64,000 nucleotides of DNA from an uncultured Acidobacteriota bacterium (GCA_963720545.1 OY970399.1:3936001-4000000); one strand, 5' to 3'. Shown: positions 36,405 to 46,319, numbered from the stretch's first letter. Made by a program: numbers and translations. The notes: a model not told the origin generated them from the letters alone.

Positions 36405-36429
36405 TCAAGGGCAGGCAAGGCCCTTGACG

Positions 36430-36850
36430 ATGACGACCTCCCTCGTGGTCCTGAACCGCCAGCGCCGCCGCCGGATCGACCGCGCGCGCTTGCGCAGCAT
36501 CGTCGCCCGGGCCGGCCGCTCCTTGAAGGCCCGCGGCGAGGTGGCGCTGCTGGTTGCCGGCGACGGCACGATCAGGACCCTGAACAACCGCTACCGCGGC
36601 AAGGACCAGCCGACCGACGTGCTCTCTTTCCCCGGTCCAGGCGGCGATGCCGGCCTGGGCGACATCGTGATCAGCGTCCACTGCCGCCGAACGCAACGCC
36701 CGCCGCCTGCGCCGGCCGTTCGCGAAGGAACTCGACGTGTTGGTGCTGCACGGCTTCCTGCACGTGCTCGGCTACGACCACGAGACAGACGACGGCACCA
36801 TGGACCGCATCGAAGGCCGCTTGCGCCGGCAGCTGCTGGGGGCCTCGTGA
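36430..36850 (+). CDS. ybeY: rRNA maturation RNase YbeY (frameshifted near 36680-36720)
   Basis: LNNRYRGKDQPTDVLSF, LGDIVIS, then HGFLHVLGYDH in another frame. Confidence 0.9.
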
Positions 36851-38079
36851 TACCCGCGCTGCAGATCGCACTTTTCATCTTCCTCGCGTCCTTTTCCATC
36901 GCGCTCGCCACGGTGGAGGCGGCGTTCTACATGGTGAAGCGCCGGCGGCTGGGCCATCTCGCCCACCAGAACTCGCGCGCCGAGATCGTGAACCGCTACC
37001 TCGACGACCCGCCGTCGCTGCTGATGCCGGTGCACCTCGGCACCTACACGGCGCACGTCGGCATGACGGTCATGATCACCACCATGCTGCTCGACTACAT
37101 CGGGCCGTGGGCGGCGCTCATCGCCTTCACCACCATGCTCGTGTACCTGCTGGTGTTCCGCCTCACGGTGCCGTACGCGCTGGTGCGCCGCAACCCGGAG
37201 CGTTCGCTGCTGGCGCTGGCGCCCTTCTACAACGCCTACGCGCGCTCGCTGGCGCCGGCTGTGCGCATGCTGCGCGAGCGCGCCGGCGCCGATGCCGGCG
37301 AGCTCAAGCAGAAGCAGGCGCCCGCCGGCACGCTCAGCGGCATCGACGTGCCGCCGCCGCCGGTGCTCGATTCCGACGAGGCGCGGCTGGTCGACTCGAT
37401 GAACCGCTTTTCCGCGACGCTCGTCAGCGAAGTGATGACGCCGCGGCCCGACATCGTCGCGGTGCCGTCGACCGCGCCGGTGAACGAGCTGCTGAAGATG
37501 ATGCGCGAGACCAAGTACAGCCGCATCCCGGTGTTCGGCGAGAACCTCGACGACATCGTGGGCGTGGTCAGCGTGCGCGACGTGGTCGAGTTCGACGGCA
37601 GCCCGGACGACCCGGCGTCGGTGCTGTGCCGGCCGGTGTTCCTGGTGCCCGAGACCCGCAAGATCGCCGAGCTGCTGAAGGACATGCAGGCGCAGCGCAA
37701 CACCTTCGCGGTGGTCATCGACGAGTACGGCGGCACCGCCGGCCTGGTCAGCGTCGAGGACATCGTCGAGGAGCTGGTGGGCGAGATCAAGGACGAGTAC
37801 GACGCCGAGGCCGAGCCCATCACCATCGACGGCGATGACGCGGTCTCGTTCGCCGGCCGCGTCAGCATCGACCGCCTCGAGCAGGCGCTCGAGATCAAGG
37901 TGCGCGAGTCGAACGAGGTCGGCACCGTCGGCGGCCTGGTGACGAGCCTGTTCGGACGCATCCCCAAGGCCGGCGAGCGCATGGACTACGACCGCTTCAC
38001 CGTCGAGGTGGTCGAGGCCGAGAAGAAGCGCGTCAACCGCGTGCGCTTCATCCGCAAGCCGGTCGCCGAGCCCGCGTGA
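36847..38079 (+). CDS. Hemolysin/CorC-type protein (membrane domain, CBS pair, CorC domain)
   Basis: GTG 36847 overlapping the ybeY stop; EVMTPR, YSRIPV, VIDEYGGTAGLVSVEDIVEELVGEI. Confidence 0.92.
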   Translation: MIPALQIALFIFLASFSIALATVEAAFYMVKRRRLGHLAHQNSRAEIVNRYLDDPPSLLMPVHLGTYTAHVGMTVMITTMLLDYIGPWAALIAFTTMLVYLLVFRLTVPYALVRRNPERSLLALAPFYNAYARSLAPAVRMLRERAGADAGELKQKQAPAGTLSGIDVPPPPVLDSDEARLVDSMNRFSATLVSEVMTPRPDIVAVPSTAPVNELLKMMRETKYSRIPVFGENLDDIVGVVSVRDVVEFDGSPDDPASVLCRPVFLVPETRKIAELLKDMQAQRNTFAVVIDEYGGTAGLVSVEDIVEELVGEIKDEYDAEAEPITIDGDDAVSFAGRVSIDRLEQALEIKVRESNEVGTVGGLVTSLFGRIPKAGERMDYDRFTVEVVEAEKKRVNRVRFIRKPVAEPA

Positions 38080-38990
38080 GCGCCCCGCAGGCGCCGCACT
38101 CGGGCCTGGTCGCGGTCGTCGGCCGCCCGAACGTGGGCAAGTCGACGCTGGTCAATGCCCTCGTCGGCGAGAAGGTGTCGATCGTCTCCGACAAGCCGCA
38201 GACGACCCGCAACCGCATCCTGGCGGTCGTCAACCGGCCCGAGGGCCAGATGGTCCTGCTCGACACCCCGGGCGTCCACAAACCGCTGCACGCGATGAAC
38301 GAGAACATGGTGGAGCTGGCGCTCGAGAGCCTGAAGAGCGTGGATGTTGCCATGTGGGTCGTGGATGCGACCGAAGGGTACTCCGTGGCCGAGCGGCACG
38401 TGCGCGAAGCGCTGCGCCGCTGCGGCAAGCCGGTGGTGCTGGCGCTCAACAAGATCGACCGCATCGCGAAGCCGACGCTGCTGCCGATGATCGAGAGCTA
38501 CTGCACCATGATCGACTTCGCCGAAGTGGTGCCGCTGTCGGCACTGAAGGGTGAGAACGTCGAGCTGCTGGCGTCGCGCCTGATGGCGCACCTGCCGGAG
38601 CAAGTGCCGCAGTATCCGCAGGACGTGCTCACCGACCTGCCGGAGCGCTTTTTCGTCTCCGAGCGTATCCGCGAGCAGGTGCTGAACCACACGCGCGAAG
38701 AACTGCCGTATGCCACCGCGGTGCTCATCGAGAACTTCGTCGAGGAAGCCGACGAGGCGCGCACCCGCATCGACGCGGTGATTCTGGTGGACAAGGACAG
38801 CCAGAAAGCGATCGTCATCGGCAAGGGCGGCTCGATGCTGAAGGCGATCGGCACGGCGGCGCGCCAGGAGATCGAGAAGTTCCTCGGCGTGCGCGTCTAC
38901 CTGCAGCTGTTCGTCAAGGTGCGCAAGGGCTGGCGCGACGACCCGCGGATGCTGACGCAGATCGACCTCGACACCCGGAGCAGCCGCTGA
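38076..38990 (+). CDS. era: GTPase Era
   Basis: GRPNVGKS, PQTTR, DTPG, NKID, KH domain IVIGKGG. Confidence 0.97.
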   Translation: MSAPQAPHSGLVAVVGRPNVGKSTLVNALVGEKVSIVSDKPQTTRNRILAVVNRPEGQMVLLDTPGVHKPLHAMNENMVELALESLKSVDVAMWVVDATEGYSVAERHVREALRRCGKPVVLALNKIDRIAKPTLLPMIESYCTMIDFAEVVPLSALKGENVELLASRLMAHLPEQVPQYPQDVLTDLPERFFVSERIREQVLNHTREELPYATAVLIENFVEEADEARTRIDAVILVDKDSQKAIVIGKGGSMLKAIGTAARQEIEKFLGVRVYLQLFVKVRKGWRDDPRMLTQIDLDTRSSR

Positions 38991-38995
38991 GCGCA

Positions 38996-39475
38996 GTGCC
39001 GGCATGGCTCGAGGCCTACAGCCATTCGTGGTGGGGCCTCCTCGGGTCGGCGTTCGTCCTGTCGTTTCTCGGCGGCTTCCTGCCGGTGTTCAGCGTCGAG
39101 CTGTATCTCGTCTCGATCTCCGCGCTCGCGGGCCACGGCATGATGTTCCCGGTGGTCTTCGGCTGCACCCTGGGGCAGGTCGTCTCCAAGGCGTTCTTCT
39201 ACTACGCGGGCAGCGGCGTCATCCGCATGCCGTTCCGCAACCAGGCGGCGGCCCTCGAACGCTGGCGCGAGCGCATGCAGAACTTCCGCTTCGGCAAGGA
39301 CGCGCTGCTGTTCCTCTCCGCCTTCGTCGGCGTCCCGCCGTACTACGTCACCCCGATCCTTGCCGGCACCCTGCGCCTCGGCCTCACGCGCTTCGTCGTC
39401 ACGAGCCTGATCGGCCGCGCCCTGCGCTTCGGCCTGATCTATGCGTTCCCGTCCGTCTTGAGGCGATGGTTGTAG
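38996..39475 (+). CDS. VTT/DedA-like membrane protein
   Basis: Hydrophobic; P...E motif, GVPP, LAG..R...F....GR..RF pattern. Confidence 0.75.
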   Translation: MPAWLEAYSHSWWGLLGSAFVLSFLGGFLPVFSVELYLVSISALAGHGMMFPVVFGCTLGQVVSKAFFYYAGSGVIRMPFRNQAAALERWRERMQNFRFGKDALLFLSAFVGVPPYYVTPILAGTLRLGLTRFVVTSLIGRALRFGLIYAFPSVLRRWL

Positions 39476-39494
39476 TCACTGTGAGGTTGCGACT

Positions 39495-39815
39495 GTGAGC
39501 CACTGGACGTTCTTGTTGATCGCCGCGAGCCTGGAGGTGGTCTGGGCCCTCGGGTTGAAGTCTACGGATGGGTTCACGCGGCTGTGGCCGTCGGTGGGGA
39601 CGATCGCGGCGATGGTCGCGAGCATGTACTGCCTCGCCGCGGCCACCCGCGGCATTCCCATCGGCACGGCCTACGCGGTCTGGACCGGCCTTGGCGCGGT
39701 GGGCGCGGCGGTCGGCGGCATGCTGCTGTTCGGCGAACCGCGGGACGCCCTGCGCATCCTCGCCTTGTCGATGATCGTCGGCGGCGTTGCGCTCCTGAAG
39801 AGCCAGCAGCGATAA
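39495..39815 (+). CDS. sugE: SMR family exporter, SugE/Gdx type
   Basis: [19 protein letters not shown] and [12 protein letters not shown]; four TM helices. Confidence 0.9.
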   Translation: MSHWTFLLIAASLEVVWALGLKSTDGFTRLWPSVGTIAAMVASMYCLAAATRGIPIGTAYAVWTGLGAVGAAVGGMLLFGEPRDALRILALSMIVGGVALLKSQQR

Positions 39816-39873
39816 GCGCCGCGCGCTTATCCACTGTGTCCGGACACAGTAGGCCGCGGGTTATTCTCGGGAC

Positions 39874-40266
39874 ATGGCGATCAGCGTCGTCAGGCTCGGG
39901 TCGAAGCGCGGGCCGCAGGAGGGGCCGCGGCTTGGCACGGTGCGGCGGCCGCCGCGCGGTGTGCCGAAGGCGGAATTCGCCACGCGCGACTTCTACGACG
40001 TGTGGCTGCCGCTGCTGGCGCCGAGTGACGCGCTCGTGAAGCAGGCCCTCGCAGCGGGAGACGCGCGCGCCTGGGCCGCGTTCGTGAAGAAGTACCGAGC
40101 CGAGATGGGGAAGGGCGAGGCGCCGCGCGTCCTCGACCTGCTCGCGGCCCTGTCGCACGCCGCCGACTTCGCCGTCGGGTGCTACTGCGAGAACGAGAGC
40201 CACTGTCACCGTTCGGTGCTGCGCGAGCTGTTGAGTGAACGCGGCGCCGCCCTGAGGAGGTCCTGA
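39874..40266 (+). CDS. DUF488 family protein
   Basis: GTVRRPPRGVPK, DVWLP.LAPS, CYCENESHCHRSVL. Confidence 0.85.
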   Translation: MAISVVRLGSKRGPQEGPRLGTVRRPPRGVPKAEFATRDFYDVWLPLLAPSDALVKQALAAGDARAWAAFVKKYRAEMGKGEAPRVLDLLAALSHAADFAVGCYCENESHCHRSVLRELLSERGAALRRS

Positions 40267-40757
40267 TGCCGAACCTGCGCGCGTGCCTGGGAACGCTCGC
40301 CGCTGAACTGGTCGACGGCCCGCCTGCGGGCGAGGCGTACATGCTGAACCCTGGCGATGCCGGCCTGCTCGCCTCGCTCGCACGACTCCCGGCCGCGGCT
40401 GCATCGGCCCCGGCCCCGGCCGGCGGCGCCTCGATCGCGGCGCACGTCGATCACATTCGCTTCGGCTTCGAGCTCATGAACCGCTGGGGCGGCGGCGAAG
40501 CCGATCCGTGGTCGGGCGCCGACTGGAGAGCCAGCTGGCGCCGCACCACCGTGACGGAAGACGACTGGCGGCGGCTGCGGGGCGAGCTCGAGGAACAGGC
40601 GCAGCGCTGGCGCGCCACGGTACAGAGCCCGCGCGAGCTTTCCGACCTGGAGCTGAAGGGCGTGATGGGCAGCATCGCGCATCTTGCGTACCACCTCGGC
40701 GCAATCCGCCAGATCGACCACGGCCTGCAGGGTCCGAAGGACACGTCGACCGCCTGA
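40266..40757 (+). CDS. DinB-like four-helix protein
   Basis: SIAAHVDHIRF and AHLAYHLGAIRQ His pattern; TGATG coupling to the previous gene. Confidence 0.8.
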   Translation: MPNLRACLGTLAAELVDGPPAGEAYMLNPGDAGLLASLARLPAAAASAPAPAGGASIAAHVDHIRFGFELMNRWGGGEADPWSGADWRASWRRTTVTEDDWRRLRGELEEQAQRWRATVQSPRELSDLELKGVMGSIAHLAYHLGAIRQIDHGLQGPKDTSTA

Positions 40758-40758
40758 C

Positions 40759-40790
40759 AAAAAAACGGCCGAGCCCCCTGGGCCCGGCCG
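40759..40790 (-). terminator. Intrinsic terminator downstream of the alkaline phosphatase gene
   Basis: Minus strand CGGCCGGGCCC-loop-GGGCTCGGCCG followed by a run of T. Confidence 0.8.
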
Positions 40791-40815
40791 AACGTCACGC
40801 GCCAGGAGCCTCGTG

Positions 40816-42753
40816 CTACTGGCGCTTGTCGGTCGCCTTCAGGATCTTGAAGAACACGTCGGTGTTGTCGAGCATGCCGACGAAGTCGCGCCATGCTTCT
40901 GAGCCGCTGCTGAACGAGGTCAGCGGGATGTCGGTCGCGGTGTGCACGGCCTGCGTGGCCGAACCCGGGCCGCGGAGGAACTCACCGGTCGAGCTCTCGG
41001 GCTCGCGGTCGATGGGGTTCACCGGGTAGCCGGCCGTCACCAGCTCGGCGCGAATGTCGGCGGGGATCAGGCTGTCGATCGCCGGCAGCGGCTTGCTGAG
41101 CCAGTCCTCGAAGTGGTCACCGCCGCCGCCGAAGCCGATCTGGATCGGCTTGAACGTCGCGGGGTAGGGGAAGACCGGGAAGCCGTCCGCTGCGATCTCG
41201 TAGGACGGGAACTCGGCGGCTTCATAGGGACCGACGGCCGCCTGGCGGGCCGGATGGTCGGTGGGGCCGGTGAGGGCAGCATCCGACGGCAGGTCCTCGA
41301 GCTCCGCGATCGTCTTTAGCGAAGCGCCGATGATGCTGAAACCGGCGCACTCGTGGTCGGCGGTTACCAGCACGATGGTGTTGCCTTCCTGGCGGGCGAA
41401 GTCGAGCGCCTTCTGTACGGCGCGATCGAACTCGATCGTGTCCCAGATGGCGCGGTCGGCGTCCATCAGGTGCGACTGCTTGTCGATGTGGGCGCCTTCC
41501 ACCATGAGGACGAACCCCTGGGGGTTCTTGCTCAGGACCTTGAGCGCCGCGCCCGTCATCTCGTCGAGCATCGGCTGGTCGGGAGCGTGATACGCGTTCA
41601 CCACCGACGGGTTGCCGCGCTGCGCCGCGACCTTGTCGAAGGAGACGTTCATGTTGCCGTAGGCGAACAGCCCGAGCAGCTTGCTGGTGTTGTTGGGAAT
41701 GGCCGCCAGTTCGGTGCGGTTCGAGGCGTAGCTGAAGCCGGCAGCCTGGTACTCGCCGATCAGGTCGCGGCCTGGATCGATGGCGCCGGGGGCGACGCCG
41801 TAAGCCGACGCGATGTCGGCCGGCAGCACGTAATCGCTGGTGGTGGCGCGGCTGGAACCGAACGTGCCGGTGGGCAGGAACCAGCGGCGGCCGCCGCCGA
41901 GCAGCACGCTGAGGCCGGTGCGATGCCGCTCGTCGAAGAACTGGTCCATGATGCCGGTGCCGGCGCCGCGGTTCGAGGTGTGCACGGCGTTCGCTGCCGG
42001 GGTGGCGTCTTCGAGGTCGGCGGTCGAAACGACGCCGAGGGCCTTGCCCTGCGTGCGGTGCAGGAACTCGGAGAGGTACTCGATGCGCGGATTGTCGAAG
42101 GCGTCGGGGGTGTTGTCGGGGAACACGCCTTCCTCGTTGTTGCGCGCCTTGTTGCCGGTGACGTAGTTCGACATGCCGGGCGCCGAGTCGGTGATGATCG
42201 AATTGAGCGAAGCGGTCTTGATCAGGGCGACGCCGGGCATGGTCTCCATGGCGAGCGAGCCCTTCGCGTAGCCGCCCGCGGCGCCGTAGCGCACCAGGCG
42301 AGCGGCGGTGCGGTGCGATGCACCCATGCCGTCACCGACCAGGAGGATGACGTTTTTGGTCTTGCGGCCGGTGCCGCCTTCGAGGCTGATCGCCTCGACG
42401 CGCGAGGTGGCGACGGTAGTGCCGGTGCTGTCGGTGGCACGGGCGCGGATGTTGTGGACGCCGGCCGTGGTGAACGTCTGGGCGCGCAGCGTGTAGCCGC
42501 CGAACGCGTCGAGATCGGTCAGCCGCAGCGGGATGCGCGTGTCGTCGGCGAACAGGCGGACGTCGGTGAGCGTGGCGCCGGCGGACGGCGTGAACTCCAC
42601 GCGCAGGTCTAACAGCTGGCCAACTGCGAAGCGCGCGCCGGCCGGAGGCGTGACGCGCACGACCGGTGCGGCGGACGAGATGGACGCGAGGCCGAGCAAG
42701 GCGGCGCTCAGCGCGGTGACGGCGGCGGTGCGACGTGCGGCGATCTGGTTCAT
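40816..42753 (-). CDS. phoA: Alkaline phosphatase with N-terminal Ig-like extension, secreted
   Basis: RBS AAAGGAG, signal peptide; VGDGMG, TDSAPG, EGAHIDKQSH, TADHE, HTATD. Confidence 0.9.
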   Translation of the reverse strand: MNQIAARRTAAVTALSAALLGLASISSAAPVVRVTPPAGARFAVGQLLDLRVEFTPSAGATLTDVRLFADDTRIPLRLTDLDAFGGYTLRAQTFTTAGVHNIRARATDSTGTTVATSRVEAISLEGGTGRKTKNVILLVGDGMGASHRTAARLVRYGAAGGYAKGSLAMETMPGVALIKTASLNSIITDSAPGMSNYVTGNKARNNEEGVFPDNTPDAFDNPRIEYLSEFLHRTQGKALGVVSTADLEDATPAANAVHTSNRGAGTGIMDQFFDERHRTGLSVLLGGGRRWFLPTGTFGSSRATTSDYVLPADIASAYGVAPGAIDPGRDLIGEYQAAGFSYASNRTELAAIPNNTSKLLGLFAYGNMNVSFDKVAAQRGNPSVVNAYHAPDQPMLDEMTGAALKVLSKNPQGFVLMVEGAHIDKQSHLMDADRAIWDTIEFDRAVQKALDFARQEGNTIVLVTADHECAGFSIIGASLKTIAELEDLPSDAALTGPTDHPARQAAVGPYEAAEFPSYEIAADGFPVFPYPATFKPIQIGFGGGGDHFEDWLSKPLPAIDSLIPADIRAELVTAGYPVNPIDREPESSTGEFLRGPGSATQAVHTATDIPLTSFSSGSEAWRDFVGMLDNTDVFFKILKATDKRQ

Positions 42754-42820
42754 GAAGGTGGCTCCTTTGGTTCGGGTGGGAGATGGTGGCTGGCGCACGC
42801 GAAATTTCCGTGCGCCGCGC

Positions 42821-42858
42821 GTTAACTTGTTGCTACGCGCCGGTCACGCAATCGTCAC
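42821..42858. promoter_or_regulatory. Pho-box-like 11-bp-periodic direct repeats
   Basis: GTTAA(42821), GCTAC(42832), GTCAC(42843), GTCAC(42854) between two phosphate-scavenging genes. Confidence 0.55.
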
Positions 42859-42927
42859 CACGCCGGCACGGCCCTGCCGCAGTGGCCCGCTAGGGTCGCC
42901 AGCCATTCCCTTCCACGGAGGCGCTTG

Positions 42928-43432
42928 ATGATGGCGATGGCGATGGCGATAGCGATGGCGACGACGACGAAGAACAAGACGGCGAAGCGGACGCGCGCGG
43001 CACTGGCCGGCACCTGCGCGCTCCTGTTCGCTTCCAGCGCGGCGCTGGCCTCGGCGCAGGACGTGTAGCGCCTCGGCCGCGATCAAGAACGTCGTCAAGA
43101 TCGACCTCGAGCAGGCGACCGACATCCGCGCGGTGCCGACGCTGCCAGAGGTGGGCGTGCCGTCAGACATCACCCCGGTGTCGAAGGAACTGTTCATCAA
43201 CCTGCTGAGCCCGGAGTTCGGCCTCGCTGGCGCCACCTTCCCGGAGAAGATCGAGGGGCTGGCGTTCGGTCCGGACCTGCCGGACGGCCGCCACGTGCTG
43301 GTGGTTTCGGCCGACAACGACTTCGTCGCCGCCAACCCGACGCGCCTCTTCGTGTTTGCGGTCGCGCCCCCGGCGCTGCCCGACTTCGCGAAGCAGCGCA
43401 TCCGCCACACCGCGTCCTGCCCGGCGCGGTGA
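42928..43432 (+). pseudogene. Internally deleted esterase-like/phytase-like family gene
   Basis: GGAGG + ATG 42928 encodes only a signal peptide ending at TAG 43068; another frame then gives a C-terminal part (IDL..ATDI...K.LF...EKIEGLAFGPDLPDGR..LVVSADNDF). Confidence 0.75.
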
Positions 43433-43442
43433 ACGGCCGGCG

Positions 43443-44081
43443 TTACCTGCCGAGCAGCAGGCGGACGCGCGCGGTGACCGCGAATCCGCCTGCGTTTTTC
43501 TCACCGTAGACCGCGGACACCCCGCCGGCGCCCATCGCATCGGGCACGGCGATATAGGCGCCTTCGACACCGAAGCGGAGGATGCCGCTGCCGTACTCGG
43601 CCCCCAGCATGCCAAGGGCGCAGAACTTGTTGAGTTCGTCGCGCTCTTCAACACCCGCGATTTCGCTGCTTTCCCGGTAGAGAGCGATGCCGGCCCCGCC
43701 CGAGACATAGCCGCGCAGGGAGGCGCGCTCGCCGCCGAAGCGGTAGCCCACGAGGCCGTAGACCGGGGTCACGCGCAGCCGCAGCGGCAGGCCGAGGCGG
43801 AAGGGTTCGGAATTGGCGTCGGCGACGAACGCCCGTTCGCCGGTCTTGGCGAAGGTGCGGATGCCGGCGCCGGCGTAGAGGTTGGTGCCGAGGTCGAACG
43901 TCAGCTCGCCGCCGTAAAGGCTGCCCCCGCTCCCATCGAACACGGCCTTGGCCGACTTGGAAGCGGCCAGCCGTTCGTAGCCGCCGAGCGCCGTGATCGA
44001 GAACGTCTGGGCGCTGGCTCCGGACGCCGTGCCAAGCATCAGCAGCGCCGCCGCGGCGAGCGTGGAGCGGCTAACGAACAA
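43443..44081 (-). CDS. Outer-membrane beta-barrel domain protein
   Basis: Signal peptide ASA-QT; alternating Gly/aromatic strands (YVSGGAGIALY, GAEYG, FGVEGAY). Confidence 0.7.
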   Translation of the reverse strand: MFVSRSTLAAAALLMLGTASGASAQTFSITALGGYERLAASKSAKAVFDGSGGSLYGGELTFDLGTNLYAGAGIRTFAKTGERAFVADANSEPFRLGLPLRLRVTPVYGLVGYRFGGERASLRGYVSGGAGIALYRESSEIAGVEERDELNKFCALGMLGAEYGSGILRFGVEGAYIAVPDAMGAGGVSAVYGEKNAGGFAVTARVRLLLGR

Positions 44082-45408
44082 GGCCCAGTCCCTTCAGCGC
44101 TTGCGCGGGGCGCACCAGCCCGAACCCGAAGCGGTCGTCGCGGCCGGCCGGACCCAGGTCTTCGGCGGTCTGTTCGAGCGCCGCGCGGATCGCCGCGGGG
44201 CTCTTGATGCCCTGCTGGTAGAGGAGCGCTGCTGCGGCCGCGACGTGCGGCGTCGCCTGGCTGGTGCCGGCGAAGTAGAAGAGCGCGAAGTCGTCGAAGC
44301 GGCCGGTCGTCGCAGCGGTATCGGGATCGAAGCTCTGCTGCAGGACGCCGTCGGGCTCGCCGTCATTGTTCAGGTCGCAGAAGAAGTCGCCGCACAGGTC
44401 TCCGCCGGGCGCCACCAGGTCCACCGCCGACCCGAAGTTCGAAAAGGACGCGATCTCCTTGTTCACGCCCACAGCGCCCACGGCGATGACGTTCGGCAGG
44501 GTGGCGGGGAAGCTGACCGGGCCCGATTCATTCCCGGCCGCGGCCACGACGGTTACACCTGCAGCGAGGGCGGCGTCGACGGAGCGGCGCACCGCTTCGC
44601 TATCGGTGTCACCGCCGAGGCTCAGGTTGATGACCTTGGCGCCGCTGCGCACCGCGAAGTCGATGCCCTCGGCGATGCCCGCGAAGCTGCCGGTGCCCGA
44701 GGCATCCAGCACCTTAACGGGCATCACCGTGCAACGGAAGGCGAGCCCGGCAACGCCGAGCGAGTTGTTGGTGCCTTCGGCGATGGTCGACGCCACGTGC
44801 GTGCCGTGGCCGTTGTCGTCGTTTGCATGCGCGTCGCGGGTGAAGACGTTGAAGCCGGCGGCGAACTGCGTGCTGCCCCAGTCGGGCGCCTTGCGGTACG
44901 GGCCGAAGTCTTCGTAGGCGACGCCGGTGTCGAGCACCGCCACCACCACGCCAGGATCGCCTTGCTGGATGTCCCAGGCGCGTGGCGCGTTCACCATGCG
45001 CATGTTCCACTGCGCGTCGAAGGCGGAATCGTTGGGCGTGAAGAAGGCGTGCATCACGCCGTTGGCTTCGGCGTAGTCCACCTCGGGCATGGCGCGCAGC
45101 TGCGTCAGCGCGCCGTCCACCGGGATGCCTTCGTCGAGCTTCAGCCAGTAGCGCTGCGCGCCGTCGATGCGGCGGGCGCGCACGGCGCCGACGTCGCGAA
45201 TGGCGTTCTCGGCTTCGCTCACTTGCGCAGAGCGCTTGAACTCGACGATGAGTTCCCCGGGCACGGCGCGCGCCGCGTTGCGTGGCGCACCCGCATTGAG
45301 CCGGGCCTGCGCACGCCGCTTGAGTGCCTCGGCACCGTGGAGGCGCAACGATACGCCGAGCGGCACGACCAGGAGCAGGGCGGAGAAGAACAGGGTGCGC
45401 CGGGACAT
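44071..45408 (-). CDS. S8 family subtilisin-like serine peptidase with propeptide
   Basis: Catalytic triad VAVLDTGV / HGTHVAS / GTSQATPHV; AAAGN oxyanion motif. Confidence 0.95.
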   Translation of the reverse strand: MSRRTLFFSALLLVVPLGVSLRLHGAEALKRRAQARLNAGAPRNAARAVPGELIVEFKRSAQVSEAENAIRDVGAVRARRIDGAQRYWLKLDEGIPVDGALTQLRAMPEVDYAEANGVMHAFFTPNDSAFDAQWNMRMVNAPRAWDIQQGDPGVVVAVLDTGVAYEDFGPYRKAPDWGSTQFAAGFNVFTRDAHANDDNGHGTHVASTIAEGTNNSLGVAGLAFRCTVMPVKVLDASGTGSFAGIAEGIDFAVRSGAKVINLSLGGDTDSEAVRRSVDAALAAGVTVVAAAGNESGPVSFPATLPNVIAVGAVGVNKEIASFSNFGSAVDLVAPGGDLCGDFFCDLNNDGEPDGVLQQSFDPDTAATTGRFDDFALFYFAGTSQATPHVAAAAALLYQQGIKSPAAIRAALEQTAEDLGPAGRDDRFGFGLVRPAQALKGLGLVR

Positions 45409-45435
45409 CTCAGCCAGTGTAGGAGCCGGGCTGGC

Positions 45436-46263
45436 TCAGGTCAACGGCGCCGCGCGCGGCGCTGTGCGGGCGCGCAGCAACAAGACCGTGCCGATGGCAC
45501 CGGCCACCAGGAATGCGAGCCCCAGGAGCGGTTCCGGCTGCGGCACGGCTTGCTCAGGCTTGTCCACGAGCGGCGCGATCGCGAAAGTCAAGGTATTGAC
45601 CGTGGCGTGCGCGAGCACCGGCGGCAGCAGCGAGCCTGTGCGTATGCGGATGGCGCCGAGGGCGATGCCCATGACGAGGGCGAACGGCACGCGGTCGAAG
45701 GCCAGCGCCGGCGTCCGGTCGATATGGATGCAGGCAAAGACCAGCGCCGATGCGAGCACCGCCAGCGGTGCTTTGAGGTGCCGTGCAAACGCCGGCAGGA
45801 TGACGCCGCGGAAGATCAGCTCCTCGCACACGGCGGGAATGACAGCGATGGCGAGAATCGAGAGCATTGCGTCCCAGGGTCCCGCTGGTTTCAGCGCCGC
45901 GTGCAGCTGGCGGAAGGCCTCGACGAATTCCGGCGACGGCGGGAAGGCGACCGACTGCAGCTCGAGCAGGCCCGCGCTCGTGAGCCACAGCGTGCAGCCG
46001 AGGAAGACCGACAGCAGCAGCACGCCCCGCGAAGCTCCGCCCAGCCGCAGGGAATCGAGGCCGGGGCCGAAAGCGACGAACAGCAGCGACGGCAGCACCA
46101 GCAGCAGTTCGGCGACGGCGAGGAGTGACCGAAATCCCATCGGGATGCCCTGGTCCTGAAGCACGGCGGCGGCGGCTGCGGCACCCGCCATGGCGAAGAA
46201 CCCGAGGAGGAGCGCCGGCAGGGCGAGCCAGAGGGGAAGCGCGTCGGACCTCGTCTGGCTCAT
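45436..46263 (-). CDS. CPBP (CAAX-prenyl-protease-like/Abi) intramembrane metalloprotease
   Basis: EELIFRG, FACIH, HATVN; multiple TM helices. Confidence 0.92.
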   Translation of the reverse strand: MSQTRSDALPLWLALPALLLGFFAMAGAAAAAAVLQDQGIPMGFRSLLAVAELLLVLPSLLFVAFGPGLDSLRLGGASRGVLLLSVFLGCTLWLTSAGLLELQSVAFPPSPEFVEAFRQLHAALKPAGPWDAMLSILAIAVIPAVCEELIFRGVILPAFARHLKAPLAVLASALVFACIHIDRTPALAFDRVPFALVMGIALGAIRIRTGSLLPPVLAHATVNTLTFAIAPLVDKPEQAVPQPEPLLGLAFLVAGAIGTVLLLRARTAPRAAPLT

Positions 46264-46319
46264 CAGGGTGCGATTATCCCACGTCGCACCGAACCAACTC
46301 TCCCGGGAAGGATTCGAAG

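Noticed and set aside
36424..38079. Apparent YbeY-CorC fusion of 551 aa
   Set aside because: Frameshift artefact; the YbeY HGFLHVLGYDH motif and its stop at 36850 lie in another frame.
42928..42970. Short tandem repeats as a CRISPR array
   Set aside because: Hexamer and trimer microsatellite without spacers; no cas genes in the window.
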